Below, one piece after another: positions 36,258 through 44,572 of a stretch of 58,606 nt of DNA. The first letter of the stretch is position 1. Each line of letters begins with the position of its first letter. Source of the stretch: a virus (lineage: Duplodnaviria; Caudoviricetes); the IMG/VR virus record IMGVR_UViG_3300026528_000001, positions 1 to 58,606 of that record; one strand, 5' to 3'. The notes below the pieces were generated by a model that saw only the letters and a program-made list of their open reading frames with translations, did no database searches and was not told where the DNA came from. Position numbers and translations under genes: made by a program.

Positions 36258-36776
36258 ATGCCAAATACCAAGATCCAAACCGTCTACATCTCGACCGGCG
36301 ACCCCGACACGATGAACGCGAGTGAACTCTACAAACCAGGGGAACTGGGCGCGGTGTTCGACTTCGCCGGAAGCCGCCGGTATCAACTTGTTCAGCTCGA
36401 CTCCGGGGTCGTGGCCGCCAATACCACAGGTGTGGTGGCAGCCACGCAACTGGCTTACTGGAAGGACAAGTCCACGTATCTCGTGACCAATGACCTGCGC
36501 TTCTCGCAGCGCAACCTCGTGGCCGGGGTTTTCCGTGTGGCCCTCACCGCCGGCTATTACGGCTGCATTCTGAAGAAGGGCAAGTCCATCAACGTCAAGG
36601 CAGCCTCGGCCACCTATGCGGACGGGGATGTCATGATCGCCAATTCCGGCACCGCAGCCGACGCGGTCAACATCGCCGCCGGCACGGCGCCTACTTACCT
36701 TCCCATCGGCGTGGCTCGCGGAGCGAGGTCGGGCAGCGTGGTTCCCACGGACGTGGACATTCCTGACGTGATCTAA
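36258..36776 (+). CDS. Capsid decoration/cement protein (paralog 1)
   Basis: Directly after the MCP; TGDP.T.N, YQLVQLD, VTND and VAGV motifs. Confidence 0.65.
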   Translation: MPNTKIQTVYISTGDPDTMNASELYKPGELGAVFDFAGSRRYQLVQLDSGVVAANTTGVVAATQLAYWKDKSTYLVTNDLRFSQRNLVAGVFRVALTAGYYGCILKKGKSINVKAASATYADGDVMIANSGTAADAVNIAAGTAPTYLPIGVARGARSGSVVPTDVDIPDVI

Positions 36777-36789
36777 AGGGAGGAAGCCT

Positions 36790-37038
36790 ATGGCAGCAGT
36801 GACGGTCAACCGCCGGCGCGCCTTTGTCTCTGGCAACATGCGCGAGGTTGTGGCCAACGTCTCGGTCGCCGCGGACGGAGACACTTTCAATACCCAGCTC
36901 CGGCGCATCGAGGCCGTGGCCGCTACTCCATCACAGTCTTCAGCCACCCAGGTAGGCTGTACTATCTCAGGGGGTACGGTCACTTTCAAAGTGGGTGGCG
37001 CTGAGGCTAACGTTCTGGTCCGGGTTGTGGGACAATAA
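36790..37038 (+). CDS. Small virion protein
   Basis: GGAGG RBS; beta-rich 82 aa. Confidence 0.65.
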   Translation: MAAVTVNRRRAFVSGNMREVVANVSVAADGDTFNTQLRRIEAVAATPSQSSATQVGCTISGGTVTFKVGGAEANVLVRVVGQ

Positions 37039-37198
37039 GCATCGCCTGTTTCCAAGCCTGGACCAGGACGAAGCAGGTAAGGGGACGGGCAGGGTAAGAG
37101 GGGGGAACCCAGGGGGTGGATGCTCCTTCGACACTCTGGCTTCTTGCTCTGTCCTCCCGTCCCTTTAGTATGGGAATTTGGACCTCGCGGAGACGCAT

Positions 37199-38131
37199 GT
37201 GGCCCTGGATACATATCCTGACATCTGGAACCGTGTGCTCCTACGGGTGCCGTCCGCCTCTTCGCTCTTAGCCCAAGATTGGGTCGGGAACGCTTTCCGT
37301 CAAGTGGCTGAGCGTCGGCCCTGGTCCTGGCGGATAAAGCGGCAGCAATTTCTCTTTCCCGCGGTCTACAAGACGGGAACGGTTTCAGTCACATTCGGAT
37401 CAACCACGGTCACAGGATCGGGAACCGCTTTCACTTCCGGGATGGCTGGGCGCCAGTTTCGTGTGGGTCTTCAGGTGCCAATCTACACAATTGTCGCGGT
37501 TCCCGATGCCACAACTCTGACTCTTGACCAAGCTTGGGGCGGGGATGACGCTTCTGGAGTCGGCTTCGAGATTTACTCCGCCTACCAGACGGTGCCGGCC
37601 GATTTCAGCTACTTCCTGACCGTCTGGGATCCCCGTTTCAACTGGCAGCTTCACCGCAACACCACGCAGGAGGAATTGAACTGGTACGACGCGCAGCGGG
37701 CAAACCAGGCGTCCTCTTCCTACTGTGTCGTCAGTTGCGACTACGATCAGACCACCACACCGCCGCGGCCTCGTTACGAGCTATGGCCGCACATGAAGGC
37801 GCAGTATTGCTATCCGTACCTTTACATCGCCCGCCCGGCAGATCTCGCGGATTCTGGCGCGCAACTGCCTTTCTATTTGTCAGGTGATGTACTGCTGGAG
37901 ATGGCTCTGGCCGAGGCGGCCCGCTGGCCTGGCCCATCGCGGGACAAGCCCAGCCAGTACTATTCGCTGGCTCTGGCCATGATGCATGAGCGGCGGGCGG
38001 AGAGAAGGATCGTTGAGATGGAGCGCAATGACGACGAGACGTTTGAGGCGGATGTGAAGTACGCCATGAACCTGCCGTTTTCGCCGTGGCCCTTTGACTC
38101 GAACTGGATCCAGAGCCATGCGCTGGGATAG
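37199..38131 (+). CDS. Head-to-tail adaptor-like protein 1
   Basis: RRPWSW, inserted GTVSVT.GSTTVTGSGTAF domain, YELWP; position after capsid genes. Confidence 0.65.
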   Translation: MALDTYPDIWNRVLLRVPSASSLLAQDWVGNAFRQVAERRPWSWRIKRQQFLFPAVYKTGTVSVTFGSTTVTGSGTAFTSGMAGRQFRVGLQVPIYTIVAVPDATTLTLDQAWGGDDASGVGFEIYSAYQTVPADFSYFLTVWDPRFNWQLHRNTTQEELNWYDAQRANQASSSYCVVSCDYDQTTTPPRPRYELWPHMKAQYCYPYLYIARPADLADSGAQLPFYLSGDVLLEMALAEAARWPGPSRDKPSQYYSLALAMMHERRAERRIVEMERNDDETFEADVKYAMNLPFSPWPFDSNWIQSHALG

Positions 38132-38246
38132 GCGAGGAACTTGGACTGATGCCATGGTCTGTCGTGGTCGTGGCATCTAAGGCCGCTCCGGTTTTTCTTT
38201 GTCGGATTTCCGGGGCGGCCCACGCGCTTTTCAAAGGAGGGTTTGA

Positions 38247-38486
38247 ATGTCAGTTTTACTTCGTTGCAAGATGAAGGTCCAGTCTCTGGAAGCCGCCAAG
38301 AACGCAGACGGTTCCGTCCACGATGAGCGTATCAAGCTTACTGCTGTCTTGGGCCCGGAGAATGAACCCTGGTCACTGTTCACGCCGTCCGGTGAACTCA
38401 ACATCACTATCACCAATTCGGCGGTGTTCGGGAAACTAAAACAGGACGCCGAGTACTACATCGACATCGTGCCCGTGGAGGGATGA
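38247..38486 (+). CDS. Small conserved-type beta protein
   Basis: AAGGAGG RBS; EN..WS.FTPSGELNITITN...EYYIDI. Confidence 0.75.
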   Translation: MSVLLRCKMKVQSLEAAKNADGSVHDERIKLTAVLGPENEPWSLFTPSGELNITITNSAVFGKLKQDAEYYIDIVPVEG

Positions 38487-38489
38487 GAA

Positions 38490-38690
38490 ATGCCAAGCTT
38501 TGACAAGAGTCTGATTCACACCCCGGTGGAGCCCTGCGCCACGCCGCCCAAGAATAACAAGGGGTCAGGTGGCGGGACTTATGACGGGGAGGAAGGGTAT
38601 AAAAAACGTACGCCTTCCCCGGATGCCGCCCCCGAGAAGATCTACGATGATGTGGGTCCGCTTGGGAAGCCTCCCGAAAGATTTCCTTGA
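38490..38690 (+). CDS. Small Pro/Gly/Lys-rich protein
   Basis: GGAGG RBS. Confidence 0.6.
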   Translation: MPSFDKSLIHTPVEPCATPPKNNKGSGGGTYDGEEGYKKRTPSPDAAPEKIYDDVGPLGKPPERFP

Positions 38691-38705
38691 TTCCTGGAGT
38701 GCCGC

Positions 38706-40100
38706 ATGATGAAACGTCCCGCCCTGGTCCTGACGCTAGTCTTTCTCCTTTGCTGCCAGCGACCGCTTTTCGGCAGGGAACGCCTCCAAGGATGGTGTCA
38801 GGACGGGGCGGGCGTGGTCACGGTTTCTGGGACCACCGCGACCATCACCCCGGGGACCGCCAACCGGGCGATGGTCAGCTACCCCTCCTGCACGGTGACG
38901 GTTTACCTCACCGGCACCACTACTCTCGCCAGCCTGTACTCCGACAATTCCGGCACGGTAAAATCCAATCCCTTCACCGCCGCCAACACGGGCCAATTCT
39001 TCTTTTACGCTGATTCAGGCCGCTATGATGTCCGTCTCTCTGGCGGGGGTATCTCGACTCCCTTCACTCTCTCTGACTTCTCCCTCTGGGACACGGGCAC
39101 ACTCGGGGCTTCTGGCACAGTCCTCCGTAGCAACGGCTCGAATCCCGTGTGGGCTACGCTCGGTTCTTCCGACCTTCCCACGCTCCAGGCATTGAGTGGC
39201 ACCCTCACGGCCGCCAAGGGCGGGACGGGCCAGAGTTCATTCGTGAAAGGGACCTTGCTGGTCGCTTCTGCCGGGACGACTCTCGGCAAGCTGGCGGTAG
39301 GGACAAATACCCAGGTTCTTACTGCCGACAGCACTCAAACCCTGGGAGTGAAGTGGGCCGCACCCGCAGTCACGGCGCACAATATTCTTTCGGCTTCACA
39401 TGGAGACAGTCTGGCAGGAACGGTAGTGCGCGGCGACATCATCGTTGGGAACTCGACTCCCGCGTGGTCCCGGCTTGCCATCGGGGCAAACAACCGAGTG
39501 CTCAGAAGTAACGGCACGGATGCATCCTGGGCGCAGGTGGCTCTGGCTACCGATGTGAGCGGGGTTTTGCCTGTGGCAAACGGCGGGACCGGGACGGCCT
39601 ACTTCACCGTGGCTGGTCCCACCACAGCTCGTACTCTGACTTTTCCTGACGCTAACGCGACGGTGCTCACGACTAATGCCGCAGTGACCGCCGCACAGGG
39701 AGGCACAGGGCAATCTTCATTCACTAAGGGTGATGTGACGGTAGCATCGGGCTCCACGACGCTCGTGAAGCTCCCGGTGGGTTCGGACAACCAGTTGCTC
39801 ACAGCGGATAGCTCTCAGACCAGTGGCCTTAAGTACGGGTGGAAGCATCTGACGGCGACCGCCACGTTAGACTTTCCAAGCACCAATGCTCAATTGTCGG
39901 CGGATCTCACCATCGCGGTGACAGGGGCCGCCGTGGGAAATCCAGTCATACTCGGCACACCCGCAGCTCCAGATGCAAACAGTGCGTACACCGCCTTCAT
40001 AAGCGCGAGCGGAGTTTGCACGGTACGCTTTCATAACTACAGTTCAGGGGCGATCAACCCGGCTTCTGGAAGTTTCACGGTTATTGTTGTTGTTCCTTAG
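38706..40100 (+). CDS. Tail fibre with signal-peptide-like N-terminus and internal repeats
   Basis: MMKRPALVLTLVFLLCC; NPFTA..GQFFFYADSGRYDV anchor-type domain; two GGTGQSSF.KG...KL.VG...LTADS repeats. Confidence 0.8.
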   Translation: MMKRPALVLTLVFLLCCQRPLFGRERLQGWCQDGAGVVTVSGTTATITPGTANRAMVSYPSCTVTVYLTGTTTLASLYSDNSGTVKSNPFTAANTGQFFFYADSGRYDVRLSGGGISTPFTLSDFSLWDTGTLGASGTVLRSNGSNPVWATLGSSDLPTLQALSGTLTAAKGGTGQSSFVKGTLLVASAGTTLGKLAVGTNTQVLTADSTQTLGVKWAAPAVTAHNILSASHGDSLAGTVVRGDIIVGNSTPAWSRLAIGANNRVLRSNGTDASWAQVALATDVSGVLPVANGGTGTAYFTVAGPTTARTLTFPDANATVLTTNAAVTAAQGGTGQSSFTKGDVTVASGSTTLVKLPVGSDNQLLTADSSQTSGLKYGWKHLTATATLDFPSTNAQLSADLTIAVTGAAVGNPVILGTPAAPDANSAYTAFISASGVCTVRFHNYSSGAINPASGSFTVIVVVP

Positions 40101-40722
40101 AGCGGTGATGCAGAACTCGAATTGGGACAGAAAGCGTTTTCTCTATCGGCCAACCGAGTTTTTGGATGCGGGCAGACAGTGTGCTGCCACTAGTGCCGAT
40201 TTCTTCCGCCCATTGGGAAACGCACATGGTTTTATTACCGTAGGTCCACTTTACGTTGGATCTCTGGTTTCGCGCTTGTTCCTTTCTGGTTGCCCAGATG
40301 CAATTTTCTTTGGAGTATGGGCCATGGTTGTCCTTGCGCTCAATTGTGTGTTTTGGGCTCGGACGTGGTCCTATGTCACGGAGAAAGTTTTCAAAGGATT
40401 CGTACCATTCGTAAGACATGATGATCCCGCGTCCGCCATAGTCCTTAAAGGCACGATTGTTGCTGTTGTAGCACCGGCCGCGTATCGATGCCCAAATGTT
40501 GTATTCGACAGTCTTTCTCAGGCCGTGGGTTTTGCGCAGACCTGTTTTCAAATGGCAGCCGCAAGAGCCAGAGTTGCCGCTTCTAAGATTGCTTGTCGGG
40601 ACTGTGGTAACTGTGCCGCAGTCACAGCGGCATTCCCAATAGCGTATCCACTTTCTGCTTTCCTTGTAACGGATCACTGTAAGTTTTCTGAAGCGCTGTC
40701 CGGTGAGATCGAGAACTGGCAT
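40081..40722 (-). CDS. HNH homing-endonuclease-like protein (paralog of 28485-29150)
   Basis: DLTGQRF, WECRCDCG, SCGC, YGGRGI and TIERKDNHGPYSKENC.WAT. Confidence 0.9.
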   Translation of the reverse strand: MPVLDLTGQRFRKLTVIRYKESRKWIRYWECRCDCGTVTTVPTSNLRSGNSGSCGCHLKTGLRKTHGLRKTVEYNIWASIRGRCYNSNNRAFKDYGGRGIIMSYEWYESFENFLRDIGPRPSPKHTIERKDNHGPYSKENCIWATRKEQARNQRSNVKWTYGNKTMCVSQWAEEIGTSGSTLSARIQKLGWPIEKTLSVPIRVLHHRSKEQQQ

Positions 40723-40805
40723 GGCTTCTCTCCAGGTGAGAAGTTGTGTCGGCAAGGTCTGCCCGGAGGTTACGAGCCTCTTGGGCAGACCGCTTGACTA
40801 TATCA
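40723..40805 (-). promoter_or_regulatory. Extended -10 box plus two-hairpin leader of HNH gene 2
   Basis: TGATATAGT; GGTCTGCCC..GGGCAGACC hairpin; CGACACA; CTTCTC-ACCT-GGAGAGAAG hairpin covering the SD. Confidence 0.65.
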
Positions 40806-40819
40806 TTTGGTATTTGGTT

Positions 40820-41197
40820 TTGGCGACGATTCTTACTGACTCAGGAAAGACGATTTTGGTTAATTGCCTTGCTGATATTGGTTCGATTCCTGTGTATCTT
40901 GCGGGTGGGACAGGTGCCGGATCCGCTGCGGTCACGGATACGACTCTGTTTTCGGAGACCGGAGCACGGGTCCAGTGTCAGGTTTCGATAGTCACCACAA
41001 CAACCGCGAATGACACATGTAGATTTGTCGGAACTATTACCAACTATGGGGCCATCGAGACAATTACGAATGTCGGCCTTTTTGACGCGGCCTCCTCGGG
41101 CAACCTCCTGTGCAAGGCCGATGGTGTGGGCCAGGCCCTGGACACCAACGAGGGCCTGGAGATAATCTGGGACATCAAGATCACGGGGCAATGCTAG
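40820..41197 (+). CDS. Tail-associated protein (fibre N-terminal-like)
   Basis: TTG start; ILTDSGK, GTG..AAVTDTTLFSE and ITNVGLFDAASSGNL. Confidence 0.7.
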   Translation: MATILTDSGKTILVNCLADIGSIPVYLAGGTGAGSAAVTDTTLFSETGARVQCQVSIVTTTTANDTCRFVGTITNYGAIETITNVGLFDAASSGNLLCKADGVGQALDTNEGLEIIWDIKITGQC

Positions 41198-41689
41198 ATG
41201 GCGAGCGGCGCGCTTTACCCAAGCAGCATAGTCTACGTCACAAGCGGCCTCGTGGGCCCTGCCGTCCACGTCGGCGCGGCTTCCACCGGCCTCAGGCGCA
41301 CCCGCGGCATTCAAGTGGTGGCTGCGGCCGACCTCAGTGCGAACGCTGATGTGGAAATGACCTTCGACATGCCACCCGCTCTTCCCTCGGGCACGGGCAA
41401 ACTTATTCTCTTAGGCCGTACGGTGGGCACGGGCAACGCGATAATCCTGGTCAGTTGGGTTTCGGTGGCCATCGGGGAGGACCCATCCGCCGCCACGTTA
41501 CTCAGCGAAGGGAACCAGACTCTCACGGTTGTCGGCGGGGACTCGGACAAGTTCCTGCGGCTCAAGACGACTCTGGACGCAGACACTCTGACTGCGGATG
41601 AGATTGTCTGCATGCGGCTACGGTTCGTCCAGGCGAGTTACACGCTGAACCAGCCTCTCACCGTGGCTCCAAGCATGAGGTGGGAATAA
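41198..41689 (+). CDS. Putative virion beta-sandwich protein
   Basis: Coupled ORF in the structural module. Confidence 0.6.
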   Translation: MASGALYPSSIVYVTSGLVGPAVHVGAASTGLRRTRGIQVVAAADLSANADVEMTFDMPPALPSGTGKLILLGRTVGTGNAIILVSWVSVAIGEDPSAATLLSEGNQTLTVVGGDSDKFLRLKTTLDADTLTADEIVCMRLRFVQASYTLNQPLTVAPSMRWE

Positions 41690-41697
41690 GGGGAGCT

Positions 41698-42582
41698 ATG
41701 TCTCGTCTCTTTGTTGCAGCCAACTCTGACAAAATCGTCCTTCCCAATACCGCCTGGGCTTCCCGTTTTTCCTTCTCCGCCTGGATCTACCCCGTCAGTC
41801 AACCGGCGGTCAGCTCTGGCCTCACAATTCTTTCAAACGCCACCGGCAGCACCAACCTCACTGGTTACCGCTTCGCTTATGAGAACGACGGGTCGATCTT
41901 TCCCAAGCTGACGGCCTACTGGACGCTCGCGTTTGGATTGGCGACCAAGTACACCCACAGCGTCCTCCTGACTCTCAACGAGTGGCATCATCTGGTCTGG
42001 ACTTATACCGGTGCTGCGGCGGTCTGCTACGTGGATGGGGCCGCGAATGTTCCGGTTCTCGAGCTCAACAACCCCGGGGTGAATGTGGCGGCCTTTGGTG
42101 CCAACCGCATCGGCTGCTGGTTCGGCATCAGTAATGTGGATCTCTGGTTCTGGGACGGGCGCATCGGGGAGGTGGCATTCCTGGGAGACAACTGCAATCC
42201 CGTCCTGTCCGCGGGCGAGGTTTTGAATCTCTACCGCGGCGCCTACCTGTGCGAATTGCGCCCCACGGGGCCGACGAACCATTACGAAGGGATCTGGATG
42301 CTGGAGGGGCTTTTTGACCCGGAGCCGGACTGGTCCGGGCACAGGCGGCACTCCATCTCCATCAGTGGGACCAGCAGGGCGGCCAATCCTCCCACCGCCT
42401 GGTATCCGCCACTCATTCCCAGTTACCCTCTCGACATCTCCGGCGGCAGCGGCTCCCTCGGACTTTCCATGTCCGTTCTGGTGCAGCCTGCCGCCTACCA
42501 GACCTTTGTCCCGGCGCCCGGTCCGTGCGTGGGCGAGACCGGGGATGCCTCGCGCCCGCCTGACCCTGAGACTGGAGCCTGA
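41698..42582 (+). CDS. LamG/concanavalin-A-like lectin domain protein
   Basis: FSFSAWIYP, LNEWHHLVWTY, YVDG, WDGRIGEV and LSAGEV motifs. Confidence 0.85.
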   Translation: MSRLFVAANSDKIVLPNTAWASRFSFSAWIYPVSQPAVSSGLTILSNATGSTNLTGYRFAYENDGSIFPKLTAYWTLAFGLATKYTHSVLLTLNEWHHLVWTYTGAAAVCYVDGAANVPVLELNNPGVNVAAFGANRIGCWFGISNVDLWFWDGRIGEVAFLGDNCNPVLSAGEVLNLYRGAYLCELRPTGPTNHYEGIWMLEGLFDPEPDWSGHRRHSISISGTSRAANPPTAWYPPLIPSYPLDISGGSGSLGLSMSVLVQPAAYQTFVPAPGPCVGETGDASRPPDPETGA

Positions 42583-42586
42583 TGAA

Positions 42587-43180
42587 ATGAGAGACCTGAG
42601 CTACATCCGTTCCTGGTTTGCCGACAATAACCCGTCCGGTTTCTACCATAAGGCAGTCATCACCACAGGCGATCCCCGGACCGTCAATGACCGCGCCCCA
42701 CGCAATCCCTTGGGGATTCTGTATCGGCATTGGGATGGGAACATCTACCGCTACGTGAAGTTCGACTGGGGGACGGATCAGGTTACCGCATTGGCTGGTG
42801 GTTGCGTCCACTGGAAGCAGCTAAATTACGCGAACGGGCTGTTCACGGTGACAAGCGACATTTCTGACAGTATGGATATCTACCAAGGCGTCGGTATTCC
42901 TATGGACGTCGCCGGGTTCCTCGGCTGTGTGGTGACCAATGGCCGCTATTGCTGGGTACAGGTTGGCGGTGCTGGCATGGTTCTCGCTAACTCATCGGAT
43001 GAGCCGAGCGGCACGGGAGTACTCTTCGACGGAGGTAGTAACGACCTCACGGTGAGCGCATGGACCAGCAGTCACGGACTCGTCGTGGCTCAGTCCATAC
43101 AAGCCATCCCGGTGTGGACGGGCGACCCTAGCGTGATACAAAACCCGATTCAGGCTCGCATCCTGATAGTGCCCGCATGA
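42587..43180 (+). CDS. Capsid decoration-like protein (paralog 2)
   Basis: TTGDPRTVN, YRYVKFD, VTSD, VAGF and YCWVQVGG align by eye with 36258-36776. Confidence 0.6.
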   Translation: MRDLSYIRSWFADNNPSGFYHKAVITTGDPRTVNDRAPRNPLGILYRHWDGNIYRYVKFDWGTDQVTALAGGCVHWKQLNYANGLFTVTSDISDSMDIYQGVGIPMDVAGFLGCVVTNGRYCWVQVGGAGMVLANSSDEPSGTGVLFDGGSNDLTVSAWTSSHGLVVAQSIQAIPVWTGDPSVIQNPIQARILIVPA

Positions 43181-44571
43181 GCTACACCCACACCACGCTC
43201 GGAACACTCAAGAGCCAGCTCGCTTCCCGGCTGGGAGACTCAGGAAAAGTTTTTTGGCCCGACGCGGAGCTAGGCCGCTACCTCACGGAGGCCTTGCGCA
43301 CCTGGGGGTCACTCTCGGCCTTCTGGCGCGAGAGGGGAACCTTCGCTACCGCCGCCCCCACTGCCTTCTATTCTCTCCAGACACAGGTTTCGGGCCTCTT
43401 GGGGTACACGGTCACAGACAGGTCTGTCATCTCGGACCTGCTCGACCACCTGATGGAGCCGCCCATCACTGATTGGGCTGTCTACCCAGGAACGGAGATG
43501 TTTACCCTAGACGACCTGACCCGCGCGGTGGAGAGACGGCGTGATCAGTTTCTCGCGGAGACAGGAGTGGTCCTCACACGGCATGATGTTTCCATCACCC
43601 CAGCGGGCCGCGTCAGTCTCCCGGACACCGTTATCGACGTCCGCCGCCTGGTGTGGCGCTCTGCCGCCGGTGTCAACTCTCACCTGTGGCGGGAGGACGA
43701 ATGGGCATTGACTGCGGCTACGCGAGGGCTTTGGGCGGTCAATCCGGGTACTCCCGCCGCTTACTCCGTGATGGCGACCCAGCCGGTTCAGGTCCAGTTG
43801 GCTCCTGTTCCAATGGATGCAGGGACTTTGGATCTCATCTCTGTCTCCACTGGCGCAGACCTCGATCCAGCCACGTCTGCCACGGTTCTCGGGATTCCTG
43901 ACGATTTGGCTTGGGTGGTGAAGTGTGGCGCGCTCGCGGACTTATTAGGGAGAGATGGTCCTGCGTCAGACCCTGTCCGGTCGGTATTTGCCGAGTCCCG
44001 CTACCAGCAGGGAGTCCAGATTGCTCGTATGCTGGCGAGTGTGGTGATGGCCGAGATTAACGGAGTCCCACTGGTGAGCGACTCGCTCCAGAGTTTGGAC
44101 TCGGCGCGAGTGAACTGGCAGAACACCACCGCCACCACTCCAACCACGGTGGCGTTAGCTGGACTTAATCTTCTGGCGCTTCATCCGACTCCCGATGCAG
44201 CCTATGGGGTGACTCTGGATGTGGTGAGGAATGCGCCTGTCCCTGTGGCGGACACAGACTATGTGGAGGTGGGCCGGGAGCAACTGGACGCTATCCTGGA
44301 CTACGCCGCGCACTTGGCTAGTTTCAAGATGGGAGGTCAGGAGTTCGACGTGACCATTAGGGAGGCGGACAACTTCCTGCGCCAAGCCATGACGTACAAT
44401 GAGCGTCTGGCTGCGGCGGCACGGTACGTGGTTCCTTCCCGCGACCAAGCCAGGGGCGAGGAGAAGCGCCGGCCACGACGGGATTCCGCCCAAGGGTTGG
44501 GGGCGCTGCCGCCAGCCACCCCGAGGACCACCCCGTCGCCTTACCTGCCGGTGGAGTTAGTGGAGAGGTGA
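43177..44571 (+). CDS. Head-to-tail adaptor-like protein 2 (tandem domains)
   Basis: LKSQLASRLGD..FWPDAEL.RYL.EA; LPDTVIDVRR; L.P.PD motif occurs twice. Confidence 0.65.
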   Translation: MSYTHTTLGTLKSQLASRLGDSGKVFWPDAELGRYLTEALRTWGSLSAFWRERGTFATAAPTAFYSLQTQVSGLLGYTVTDRSVISDLLDHLMEPPITDWAVYPGTEMFTLDDLTRAVERRRDQFLAETGVVLTRHDVSITPAGRVSLPDTVIDVRRLVWRSAAGVNSHLWREDEWALTAATRGLWAVNPGTPAAYSVMATQPVQVQLAPVPMDAGTLDLISVSTGADLDPATSATVLGIPDDLAWVVKCGALADLLGRDGPASDPVRSVFAESRYQQGVQIARMLASVVMAEINGVPLVSDSLQSLDSARVNWQNTTATTPTTVALAGLNLLALHPTPDAAYGVTLDVVRNAPVPVADTDYVEVGREQLDAILDYAAHLASFKMGGQEFDVTIREADNFLRQAMTYNERLAAAARYVVPSRDQARGEEKRRPRRDSAQGLGALPPATPRTTPSPYLPVELVER

Positions 44572-44572
44572 G

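Noticed and set aside
38706-40100. Tail-fibre repeats as a diversity-generating retroelement TR/VR pair
   Set aside because: No reverse transcriptase; the repeats are protein-level and their differences are not adenine-specific
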